A stretch of 61,215 nt of DNA, the filler included. It is 9 parts of 9 records of this genome, joined end to end, with 100 filler letters (N's around TTAATTAATTAA, not from the genome) between each part and the next. Parts side by side here need not be neighbours in the genome. Positions count along the whole stretch, not along the records: positions 18,220 to 23,232 come from SRR31147125_131226; positions 23,333 to 30,500 come from SRR31147125_131238; 7 more parts are not named here. One strand, written 5' to 3'. Under the pieces are notes generated by a model. The model did not search any database. It was not told where the DNA came from and was given only the letters and a program-made list of their open reading frames with translations. The position numbers were made by a program, and so were the translations under genes. Of this stretch, positions 21,201-30,600 are shown one piece after another; position 1 is the stretch's first letter, and every line of letters begins with the position of its first letter.

Positions 21201-23129
21201 ATCAAGCCAAGAAGTTCCGTCTGTTCCCGTTCTTGTTCCACGTGTGATGAATTCATCAGAAGGACTCAAAACGAACCAAGGGCCTGCCGTATGTTGGGAC
21301 GACGAAGCAACCCCCGGAAACGATAGAGTTCTTGCACTACTTGGTGCGGTTGGGGAGAATTACGAGACGCCAAGGCCTCCTGCATGAAAGGGATGAGAAC
21401 GCCTTCGAATCTGTGGTCTCACAGTGTCAGTGTAGGCGTGCCAGCACGAAGAGCATGCACACCGTGCCCGAAGCTTATCAGCTGTTGCATGTTCGATACG
21501 TTGAATATTGCGTTCATACTCCTCGCGTGCAGCCTACAGGTTGTCGTCACATACGAGCCCCTCCGTAGGGGAACAAGTTCTACCTTCCATGAGGCGTGTG
21601 CCGTCAACTCTCCTCCCAACTCCAACTTCAACCGTCGAAAAGGACGAAAGGCCTCCTCCACGCGTAACTCCCTCTGTTCATCCACGGACAGAAGATGAAA
21701 CAATTCTTCGTGTACTGTTCGAATCGATAAGACCTGTGTGTGCGTGGGCGTGTGAATGTATGGGAAGCCGCAGTAGTGTGAAAGGCAACCTCATCCAAGG
21801 TCTTTGTCAGTCCCTGAAGCATAGGATCGGAATGTGGTCCTCCCTTCCAGGGATGTTCCGTCCACGCAACCCACACATGGGACGTCAAATTCTCTAAAAT
21901 TTGAAGCCATTCACGACACAAACGAACTCCATACACCATCACCTCTTCAACCTGGGCATCCAGATCGATCAAACCAACGTACAATACAGAACACGCATTA
22001 CCTTTTTGAAGGGATCGGTCCACACAGAAAGAGCAGAGACTTTCTTGCGCACATAGAGTGCAAAGTCCGAGCCAGCCATATGAAAGAGATGTGCCATTCG
22101 TGTTTGTGGGAATTTTCCGGCCGGACTTCTCCTGTGTATACGCCGGGCCGCTTAGCAAGGAACGGGATACGACGTCAACACACCAGATTGCATCCAGTGC
22201 ATCTTGCAATGAACGTTGCAGCTCGAGGACGTCCTCAGGTGACATATTCCTTGCTCAATGTGTCACAGTGTGTGTGTGCGCGCGCACGCATACCAAATAG
22301 TCTGAAAACCTTGTGCGATCGGTTGTAGCATGGACGATACTTCTGCGGCATACTGGCGCTGTGACGGGAGGATTGATCGAATTGGTCCCGTGTGTACACC
22401 TCAAACAGAAGAATCGCCACACCTCCGGGGAAGTAGCCGCACGATCCACCCAAAAGGTATATTCATCGTAAATGGAGCGTGGTCCTTGTGCACAGCAACG
22501 TGAGGTGTAAAGTTTGATAAGGGAGAGTCCTTAACACACCATCCTCTGCTGCGTCTTGTTTTCGAATAGCAACGCCAAGACCTGCTTCGAGCTCTGTGAG
22601 GAGTTTGTGTACGTGTTGTTGTTGACTTTGATTGATCCGATCCAACCCAACCCCAACCCCATCAACATCAACAGAATCAGGAAGAATTCCATGCATTGTC
22701 TCGCACCCTGTGAGGAGAGGTCCAAACACATTGTGAAGTGCATTATGAAGGGCGAGAAGAGGAGACGACGAGGGGATGGACGAGAGCGTAACACGCGAGG
22801 CGATCGTATCAACGGTCAAGGGTTCTGGGGCGACCTTGGCGAGGTAGATGGTATGGAGTGCGGAGGAAGGGGCCTTGATGTCATTGGCGACGTCGACCTG
22901 CGTCCCCGTCCCCGTCCCCCATGTCAGGCAGGGGTCGTGGCGACGAACGACGACAAAGGTACCGAACCTGTCGATCCTTTGTGAGAGACGCACGTAGGAT
23001 CGAACACCCCGCGTCCTCTGCGAAGGCCTGAAGGGCGGGGTGTTGTGCCAGTGTCGTCTCTTCGCCACTTCCCACGGCGCCCACGATGCATCGGGCGAGA
23101 GAGAGAGAACACGCATCGCCCCTTCCCAT
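18220..23129 (-). CDS. DYNC2H1: Eukaryotic cytoplasmic dynein-2 (IFT dynein) heavy chain, N-terminal tail region, multi-exon, 3' truncated
   Basis: Manually spliced exons match the dynein-2 tail as recalled: LHNVFGPLL, LLTELEAGLG, LTSHVWVAWTEHPWK, LLTLLREVRQMSAMG, ENNKLRKIH, HWDHQLYKVLEYQY, LQFEPPMEEIRANYYKELRKFI, WITFRSKT. About 29 short introns by hand count. Confidence 0.92.
20531..20592 (-). other. U12-type (minor) AT-AC spliceosomal intron
   Basis: 5' ATATCC, branch motif TCCTTAAC ending 10 nt before a terminal AC. Removal restores QQFYQYGVVLKQVA. Confidence 0.85.
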
Positions 23130-23232
23130 GTGTAAGGGAGAGGGAGGAGGTGTGAGACGTTGGGGAGGAAAGCTATCGATTGAATCCTTGGATTGCTGCC
23201 TCCTTCTTCATCGTCATGCCATTGATTGAATC

Positions 23233-23332
23233 NNNNNNNNNNNNNNNNNNNNNNNNNNNNNNNNNNNNNNNNNNNNTTAATTAATTAANNNNNNNNNNNN
23301 NNNNNNNNNNNNNNNNNNNNNNNNNNNNNNNN
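23233..23332. other. Artificial contig spacer
   Basis: N44-TTAATTAATTAA-N44. Confidence 0.99.
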
Positions 23333-23448
23333 CAAAATGGCCGGTCTTAGAACCAACCCCAACTTATTCCTTAAAGTCCATGTGGGCATTTCAAAATTGA
23401 AACCCAAAATACGGATCTTTTTCAATACGATATAGGTGTGCCGAAAAG

Positions 23449-25284
23449 GTGAACAATTCGAAAATTTCAATAAAAACCGCAGCAATCGCAACCTGCCTGA
23501 ACATTTTTTTGACCATCGTCAAATTCATCCTTTACTCGTTATCAGGAAGTCTGGCAGTTCTTGCTGAAGCATGGCATAGCCTTACGGATATCGCAACCAG
23601 CGTACTGGTCTTGATCGCTGTCAAACGCTCAAGTCTCAAAGCTGAAAAACAGAGGAATGATTCTAACGGTTTTGAAAACGGACTGAAATCAAAAGATGTC
23701 AACGGGGTCAAAACAGTCGTCAGTAAATTCGAAGTGTTTATCTCCCTGGGAATCGGGGGGATGCTCATGATCGTGGGAGGCGGACTTTTAAGAACTTTTT
23801 TTAAGGCTGAGGCCTATGTCGTTGAAAATGCATTGATATCCGGAATTCTATTCATTTTCTTTTCTTTTTGTTCCCATTTTGTCTCAAGATTTGAAACCGT
23901 TATCGGTAAGAAAGAGGGATCCCTTGGACTTGTTTCCGATGGGATGCATGCCCGGGCCGACATGGCAGCCTCTTTGATTACGGGAATCGCCCTTATTCTC
24001 TGCTCCATGGGGCTCAACCTCGATCGTTGGGTTGCGGGGATTATCGCTCTATTTATTTTGCTCTATGCATTTGAAACCCTCATCCATGTGACCTTATTTT
24101 ATCTCAGGGACGATAAAAAGGATCCGGATCATTCCAATTCCATCGACCAGTCCGGTACAATCAGTCAATCTAATGGCATCGGTCAACCCAATATCGTCAG
24201 AATGACGGCACTATTGTTGGATAAATCCCTCTTCGGCAAAGCGATCTCCAAAATAAAATCCTTTCTGGAAAACAAACTCGGCAATACCCCGGCATTGAGG
24301 TGTTTTTTTCTTGCTCTCCGGTGGTTCCCTGTTATGGCTGTTTTTTCTCTTTACGGTTCCACGTTTGTCTATCGCGTCGATGTCAATGAAGAGGCCCTGG
24401 TGGAACGATTCGGAAAACCGGTGATGCGTTCCAATCCGGTTCAGCCGGGGTTGCATGTCAAACTTCCCTGGCCATTTGATAAAGTGCGAAAACGAAAGAC
24501 AAAACGGATTGAAGAGATTCATATCGGCAACCAATCTGCAGATCGAACCGCGCCGCTGTTGTGGACAAGGCAGCATGGGATGGAAGAGCCGTTTTTAAGC
24601 GGAGACAACAACCTGTTTTATCCCTACATCACCCTGCACTACCGGGTGAATGATATCTACGACTTTTTGTATAAAAACAGAGATGCCAAAGCGCTTGTCA
24701 AAGCAGTGGCTCACCAGATCACGACCGCTCAATTTGCCGGGAAAAAGTTTTATGACATTGCAGGGAAAGAGAGAAACCAACTGGAAGCGGATATTATTGA
24801 AACCCTCCAAATCAGATTGGATGCCCTTCAATGCGGTGTCGAGATCGTCTATCTCTGTTTAAAGGACATCCACCCGCCCATCACCGTTGCCGACTCCTTT
24901 GAAAAAGTGATCGCCGGATTTCAGGAAAAACAGAATGTCATCAATCAGGCCATGGGGATCAGAAACCAAATTTTGCCTGAAACAAGGGGCAAAGCTGCTC
25001 AAGAGATCGAGCAGGCATACAGTTACATCATTGAAAAAACTAAAAAGACAGACGGAGATGCAAAACGGTTTGAGCTCTCCCGACCTGAAACGCAACAGGA
25101 AAAAAACATTATGATGTCAAAAACCTATTTTCAGACCATGCAGGATGCCCTGAAGGGAAAAACCAAATTCATCATCGATCCCAAGGCGGGCGAGCCCGAT
25201 ATCTGGATCGAAACCAAAAGTTTCCCTGATTATTTCTCTGAAGAAGAGGATGATGATGCGTTTCATGAGGGAGATGAGCTGTAA
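23449..25284 (+). CDS. Fusion protein: CDF (cation efflux) transmembrane domain + HflK-type SPFH domain
   Basis: N-half SGSLAVLAEAWHSLTD and SDGMHARAD (CDF HxxxD sites). C-half EEALVERFGK..PGLHVKLPWPFDKV, LSGDNN, DIHPP..VADSFEKV, ILPETRGKA (HflK-like). Confidence 0.9.
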   Translation: MNNSKISIKTAAIATCLNIFLTIVKFILYSLSGSLAVLAEAWHSLTDIATSVLVLIAVKRSSLKAEKQRNDSNGFENGLKSKDVNGVKTVVSKFEVFISLGIGGMLMIVGGGLLRTFFKAEAYVVENALISGILFIFFSFCSHFVSRFETVIGKKEGSLGLVSDGMHARADMAASLITGIALILCSMGLNLDRWVAGIIALFILLYAFETLIHVTLFYLRDDKKDPDHSNSIDQSGTISQSNGIGQPNIVRMTALLLDKSLFGKAISKIKSFLENKLGNTPALRCFFLALRWFPVMAVFSLYGSTFVYRVDVNEEALVERFGKPVMRSNPVQPGLHVKLPWPFDKVRKRKTKRIEEIHIGNQSADRTAPLLWTRQHGMEEPFLSGDNNLFYPYITLHYRVNDIYDFLYKNRDAKALVKAVAHQITTAQFAGKKFYDIAGKERNQLEADIIETLQIRLDALQCGVEIVYLCLKDIHPPITVADSFEKVIAGFQEKQNVINQAMGIRNQILPETRGKAAQEIEQAYSYIIEKTKKTDGDAKRFELSRPETQQEKNIMMSKTYFQTMQDALKGKTKFIIDPKAGEPDIWIETKSFPDYFSEEEDDDAFHEGDEL

Positions 25285-26177
25285 TGAAATATACATGTAT
25301 CGGTATCGGTCTGTTTGCCGTGATAATCGGTTCTCTCTTCATGTGTACCCTTACGGTGTCTGAAAGCGAATATGTGGTATTGACGCAATTTGGAAAACCT
25401 TCCGGAACCATCGAGCGTGCCGGACTCTATTTCAAGCGCCCCGGATTTCTTGAAACAGCCAATCGAATCGACCGTCGGACGTTTGTCAACTCAACCCAGC
25501 CCATACAGCTGTTATTGGGAGATAAAAACCCCATTGTCCTGACCTGCTATGTGTGCTGGCGCGTCCATGATCCGCTTCTCTATTTCCAATCGTTGACCAA
25601 CACCGTCATCGCAAACCAAAAGCTTGGGGATATGGTCAATTCACAGCTGGGAAGTGTGCTGGGAGATTTTGAATTGAAAAATATTATCAACACAGATCCC
25701 CATGAAGTGAAAATATCTGAGATTGAACATCGGATTTTGACGAACATCGATGAGAGTACCAAAGAAAAATACGGCATTGAAATTGTCAAAATGGGTATTC
25801 AGGAGATTAAATATCCTTCCATTGTGGCGGATGCCGTTTATAACCGGATGAAATCGGAAAGAGAAAAGGAAGCGATGAAATATCGGGCAGAGGGCCGGGA
25901 GGAAGCAACGAAAATTGAGGCAAAAACCGATCGGGAGGCCACCGAAATCCTGGCAAAAGCTTATAAAAAATCGCAGATTCTCAAAGGGGAAGGGGATCGT
26001 CAGGCTTTGAAAATCTATTCCCAATCCTATGGCAAAGACAATGAGTTTTTTGAGTTCATGAAATCCATGGAGCTCTATAAAGAGATTTTGAAACAAAAAA
26101 GTACCCTGATTTTGTCTGCGGATTCGGAACTGTTCAAATATCTGAAAGATCCCCATGGAAACCGAAAAAATGACTAG
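25284..26177 (+). CDS. hflC: HflC-type SPFH protein
   Basis: Single N-terminal TM, VVLTQFGK, AVYNRMKSERE, YRAEGREEA, GEGD..A..IY, EFFEFMKSMELY, LILSADSELFKYL. Confidence 0.9.
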   Translation: MKYTCIGIGLFAVIIGSLFMCTLTVSESEYVVLTQFGKPSGTIERAGLYFKRPGFLETANRIDRRTFVNSTQPIQLLLGDKNPIVLTCYVCWRVHDPLLYFQSLTNTVIANQKLGDMVNSQLGSVLGDFELKNIINTDPHEVKISEIEHRILTNIDESTKEKYGIEIVKMGIQEIKYPSIVADAVYNRMKSEREKEAMKYRAEGREEATKIEAKTDREATEILAKAYKKSQILKGEGDRQALKIYSQSYGKDNEFFEFMKSMELYKEILKQKSTLILSADSELFKYLKDPHGNRKND

Positions 26178-27195
26178 CAGCCATGGCAGCCCGTCTACCC
26201 CACCCTCCCATGGAAGATCCGAAACCAAAGATCGAGGGGGCTCACAATTGAACGACAAGGATAATATCAAAAAAGAGTTTCGGAACACGCTGAACAGCAC
26301 GATGTCGTTCATTCGGATCCTTTTGATTTTGCTGGCCGTCCTTTATCTGCTCTCGGGCATATACTCGGTTTCCTCAAATGAAATCGGGGTATTGCAGCGA
26401 TTCGGCAGGGTCCTGGACGACACCATCCCGCCGGGTATTCATTATGCGTTTCCCCGGCCCGTGGATCGTGTCACCAAAGTCCCGATTCGAATCGTGGACA
26501 GGCTGCTGATCAATGACCTTTCATCAGAAGGGGCATCTACCCGCTCTTCCTACTGCTTGACCGGCGACAATAACATTGTAACGATACAGTGTGTCATCCA
26601 GTACAATATCAGTGATCCTTTCGACTATCTTTTCAAAGTCGCAGAGCCGAGAAAGATGCTTCGAAGCATGGCCGTCAACACCATGATTCAATGTCTGGCC
26701 CGGATGCCCATCGATCATGCCCTGACAAAGGGGAAGCTCGAAATTGCCAACACCATTAAATCCGGCGTTCAACAGCGTCTGGATCAAACGGAATGCGGCC
26801 TGAGCGTCTCTTTTGTGGAGCTTCGGGATTTAACGCCTCCGATTCATGTGCAGCCCTATTTTTCAGATGTGGTCAATGCGGGAATCGATAAAGAAAAAAT
26901 GATCAACCAGGCCCATTCATACAGAAACGAGAGAATCCCTGCCGCCAATGCCCAAGCCAACCAAATTGTACAAAGTGCAGAAGCCTATAAAACAGAAGTG
27001 GTCTTAAAGGCTGAGGGTGAAACCCATCGTTTTGAATCCTTTTTGGAGCGGCTGGAAAATCAAGGCGCTTCCGTCCGAAGAATGATCTATGTCGACACGA
27101 TGAAAGAGATCATGAAAAGAGTTGGTGCCAAGCATGTCGTCACCCGGAATGAAGAGGGCAAAACGCCGGCTCACCTGAAGCTGTTCAGCAAGTAG
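26170..27195 (+). CDS. hflK: HflK-type SPFH protein
   Basis: LSGIYSV..NEIGVLQRFGR, PGIHYAFP.PVD, LTGDNNIV, AEAYK..VVLKAEGETHRF. Confidence 0.9.
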   Translation: MTSSHGSPSTPPSHGRSETKDRGGSQLNDKDNIKKEFRNTLNSTMSFIRILLILLAVLYLLSGIYSVSSNEIGVLQRFGRVLDDTIPPGIHYAFPRPVDRVTKVPIRIVDRLLINDLSSEGASTRSSYCLTGDNNIVTIQCVIQYNISDPFDYLFKVAEPRKMLRSMAVNTMIQCLARMPIDHALTKGKLEIANTIKSGVQQRLDQTECGLSVSFVELRDLTPPIHVQPYFSDVVNAGIDKEKMINQAHSYRNERIPAANAQANQIVQSAEAYKTEVVLKAEGETHRFESFLERLENQGASVRRMIYVDTMKEIMKRVGAKHVVTRNEEGKTPAHLKLFSK

Positions 27196-27240
27196 GAAGT
27201 GATACCAAATAATTAGACGATTAACCATCTCTAAAAGAAG

Positions 27241-28241
27241 GTGCATATGAATAACGGATCTCCACTCACTCGCTCAGTAATCCTCTATTTTTTCCTGCTC
27301 CTGGTCGGACAATCGTATTTTCTCCACGCGCCCGAACCAACGGCAAATGCCGGGCAAAATCCATTCAGGCCTGCAGCCGTTGACGATGGTGGCGTCAACC
27401 AAGAGAGCCAAGACGCATTTCGAACCGGAAGTCCGACTCATGACAATGGCATCAGCACCTACGGCTCTTGGCTCATGCGCATCGCCTTGTTGCAGCAAAA
27501 ACTGAAACTCAAGATGACGCGGTGGGTGGGGGATGTCAAACGCGGCGAGACCTTTCACCCCCTCATGATGCTTCTGCTGGTTTCCTTTGGATATGGCGCC
27601 GTGCATGCGGCAGGTCCCGGACACGGCAAAGCCGTGTCCACGTCCTATATTTTGTCATGCAAACCATCGCTGCAAAATGGCCTGCTCTTCGGCAGTTTGA
27701 TTGCCCTGTTTCACGGGCTCTCCGGCGTGGTCTGTGTGATGGGGCTCCATTTCATCCTTCGAAAAGGGTTCAGCAATACCTTGAATCAAGTGTCCGATGT
27801 GACTCAAGTGGTCAGCTATGGCCTGATTACCCTGCTTGGAACCGCCATTTTAGTGACGCACATTCGAGAATATTTCCGCTCCGGAAAACAAATAGAAGAA
27901 AAAAGGGGGCCTTTCCCTTTGTTGAAACGACGAAAAGACGCCTGATCTTCTGGGCCTTTATCGTGGGAATGGTCCCCTGCCCCGGTGTCGTGACGGTGAT
28001 GCTCTTTTGTCTTTCCATGGGACTTCCCCTGCTTGGCGTTTTTTTGGCCACGGCCATCTCCATGGGCATGGCATTCACCCTCTCTCTCACCGTGATCATG
28101 GTGATGATGGGAAAAGCAGGCACCGTGTTTGCGACGTCGCAGAAAAACCGTCAGCGGATAGAACTGGTGACCGGCGTCTTGTCAGGGGGATGTATTGCGG
28201 CTCTGGGGCTCATCCTGTTTATGACGGCACTTCATGGATGA
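27241..28241 (+). CDS. NicO/RcnA-family (HoxN/HupN/NixA-like) Ni/Co transporter (one frameshift near 27900)
   Basis: YGAVHAAGPGHGKAV motif in the first frame and GMVPCPG in the second; multiple TMs. Confidence 0.85.
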
Positions 28242-28340
28242 TAGATGAATCAATTTTTTCCCTTTGCCCGGTCTTCTGATCTATTTGACGACTTTTCTTC
28301 TTGACGGCTTTTCTTCAAAAAATCTATGATTTCTTAAAAC

Positions 28341-28392
28341 ATGAACTTTAGTTCATTTTTACCTTGACATAACATGAACTAAAGTTCATATT
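28341..28392 (+). promoter_or_regulatory. Sigma70 promoter with two palindromic repressor operators
   Basis: ATGAACTTTAGTTCAT (28341-28356) and ATGAACTAAAGTTCAT (28374-28389) flank TTGACA (28364-28369). CATATT lies 17 bp downstream of the -35. Confidence 0.8.
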
Positions 28393-28475
28393 ACAGAAAA
28401 ATGGGGCAACTGCCGCTGAATAGAAAACGCCACACCCCTTTGCAAATAATAAACACTCATTGGAGGCCCAAAAAA

Positions 28476-29087
28476 ATGACGACCATGACATCAACCATCA
28501 ACGATCAAAAATCCACCTCTCCCCTAACAAAACCGCACAAGGTATGTCCCTGGTGGCTGTGCTATTTTATGGACAACCCGCTTCGTCGAATCAAACATCC
28601 CCCGGAGAAAGTTCTCGGTCCCTATGTATCCCATGGAATGAAAGTAATGGATTTCGGCTGCGGATTCGGGCACTTCTCCATAGGAATGGCAAGAATGGTC
28701 GGCGATACCGGTCATGTCATCGCTGCCGATGTGCAACAAAAAGTGCTCAATAAAACCATGTCCCGTGCTGCCAAACAGGGCGTGGAAGGACGAATCACCC
28801 CCTTATTGTGTAGTGGAGACGGCATTGGCCACCCTTTGGAATTACACTTTATCCTGGCATGTAACTCCATCCACGAAACACCGGATATTACCAAACAGCT
28901 CAAGGAGATGTTTGCCTTACTCGTTCCGGGTGGTCGATTTTTGTTGATGGAACCTGCCGGTCATTTGAAAGCCCATGAATTTGACGGCGAAGTGTCTTTG
29001 GCCCTTCAAGCGGGCTTCAAGGAGCTCGAGCGACCTCAGATATATAAAGAGATGACTGTGTTGCTTGAAAAACCTGTGGTTGAATAA
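28476..29087 (+). CDS. Class I SAM-dependent methyltransferase
   Basis: HKVCPWW..DNPLRR N-terminus, MDFGCGFG SAM motif, LVPGGRFLLMEP; GGAGG RBS. Confidence 0.9.
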   Translation: MTTMTSTINDQKSTSPLTKPHKVCPWWLCYFMDNPLRRIKHPPEKVLGPYVSHGMKVMDFGCGFGHFSIGMARMVGDTGHVIAADVQQKVLNKTMSRAAKQGVEGRITPLLCSGDGIGHPLELHFILACNSIHETPDITKQLKEMFALLVPGGRFLLMEPAGHLKAHEFDGEVSLALQAGFKELERPQIYKEMTVLLEKPVVE

Positions 29088-29111
29088 TTGTGAACTGTGA
29101 ATTAGAATGGC

Positions 29112-29143
29112 GCGTCTTGTTATCTCACCTGGTAACAAGACGC
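29112..29143. terminator. Intergenic hairpin (terminator or mRNA stability element)
   Basis: GCGTCTTGTTA-N10-TAACAAGACGC perfect 11-bp stem; no clear U-tract. Confidence 0.45.
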
Positions 29144-29174
29144 ACCATGACGTTCAACAATTGAAGGATATCGT

Positions 29175-29789
29175 ATGAATTGGACAAACGGAGAGTATGC
29201 TCCTAAACAGAAACGGGCGGATGAGAAAAAGGGACTGATTTTTGACGCCGCCCTGACCCTTTTCGGTACCCATGGGTATCATAACACCACGGCCAAGGCC
29301 ATTGCTGCCGAGGCCGGTGTGGCCACCGGCACTTTTTATCGCTACTTTCGGGATAAAAAGGCGCTGTTCATGGCGGTATGTCATCGAATGGAGTCTGAGA
29401 TCGGTGGGCGAATTTTCGGGTTCGGCGAAAAGATGCGGCAGGAGGGGCACTCCGAACAGGAAATTCTGGGACAATTGATTCGATTTTCCATTCAAGTCCA
29501 CCATCGCCATAAAGCGTTTCACCGGGAGGTGCTTGCCATGCAGATCACGGATCCGGATGTGGCGGTTTGGGGTGCAGAGCGTGAAAAGCGGATCCTTGCC
29601 GCCCTTCTGGAGTTCCTCAAAGGGATGAAGGGCAGTTTTCGGATCACCGACCTGGAGGCGGCCTCGGAGCTCATCTATTACTCAATTGAAGAGGTCTCCC
29701 ACCGAGCCGTGCTGTTTGATTCTCCAGTGGGTGAAGAGCGATTGATCAATGCACTTCAGGAAATGTTGGAGCGCTACATGTTTGATTAA
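29175..29789 (+). CDS. TetR/AcrR-family transcriptional regulator
   Basis: IFDAALTLF..GYHNTT..IAAEAGVATGTFYRYFRDK HTH. Confidence 0.95.
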   Translation: MNWTNGEYAPKQKRADEKKGLIFDAALTLFGTHGYHNTTAKAIAAEAGVATGTFYRYFRDKKALFMAVCHRMESEIGGRIFGFGEKMRQEGHSEQEILGQLIRFSIQVHHRHKAFHREVLAMQITDPDVAVWGAEREKRILAALLEFLKGMKGSFRITDLEAASELIYYSIEEVSHRAVLFDSPVGEERLINALQEMLERYMFD

Positions 29790-30500
29790 AATCCAAACGT
29801 ACCGGTAACACTCTCTTCATCATATGCCGTGGCATCCCGGATCACCTGGGAAACGGCACTCAAGCTGTAGTTATGAAGCATATGAACGTTCTTCCTATGT
29901 TTCTTACCCAGCTTTTTCACCACGGTACAGGCGGTGTGGCTGTTGCAGTTGACCGGGCAGAGTACCATATCAGCCCGTTTCATACGATCTTCCAGAGCTT
30001 TGGCTCCTTTTTTCATATAGCCGTCATGGTAGTCGAAAATTCCGCCGCTGCCTTCGATGAACTCCCGATAAACCGACTCCATCCGGGAGATTCCCCCCAC
30101 GATCAATATCCGCTTTTGACACAAATCAAAGACCGGACAGGATTCATCGCATGAACAGGAATCGTTGTTCCCACATTTACTGAGGGCAATGACATGGCCG
30201 ATCACCTTTTTGGCTTCCTCTCTGACCTGATCGGTCATCTCCTTTTGCAATTTCAGCTCTACAGCCAGCTGCTCTCTTTTTTCACTCAAAGAGTGGAGCT
30301 GAGCTTTTGCATCAGCATAGGATTCCTTAACAAGCGCCAGTGTGTGTTCCAGCGCCCTGTTTTTCTTTTCAAGCGTCACCACTTCGGGAGTGTCTCGCTG
30401 ATCCCGCAGTGTTGCCTCCAGTGACTCGTTTTGCTTTCTCAGGAATTCACTTTCTTTTTTCAGGCGATCCATCTCCACTGCCATCCCACGGTTCTCTTTT
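29786..30500 (-). CDS. Coiled-coil + DUF2325 domain protein, 5' truncated
   Basis: Coiled coil, a Cys cluster, then RILIVGG...HDG...ADMVLCPVNCNSHTAC..VKKLGKK. Confidence 0.8.
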
Positions 30501-30600
30501 NNNNNNNNNNNNNNNNNNNNNNNNNNNNNNNNNNNNNNNNNNNNTTAATTAATTAANNNNNNNNNNNNNNNNNNNNNNNNNNNNNNNNNNNNNNNNNNNN
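30501..30600. other. Artificial contig spacer
   Basis: N44-TTAATTAATTAA-N44. Confidence 0.99.

Noticed and set aside
18220-23129. Alternative genetic code in the eukaryote
   Set aside because: All stops encountered fall in introns or follow homopolymer slips. The exons translate with the standard code.
7873-23232. Horizontal transfer of eukaryotic genes into bacteria
   Set aside because: The eukaryotic segments are separate contigs bounded by spacers and retain spliceosomal introns.
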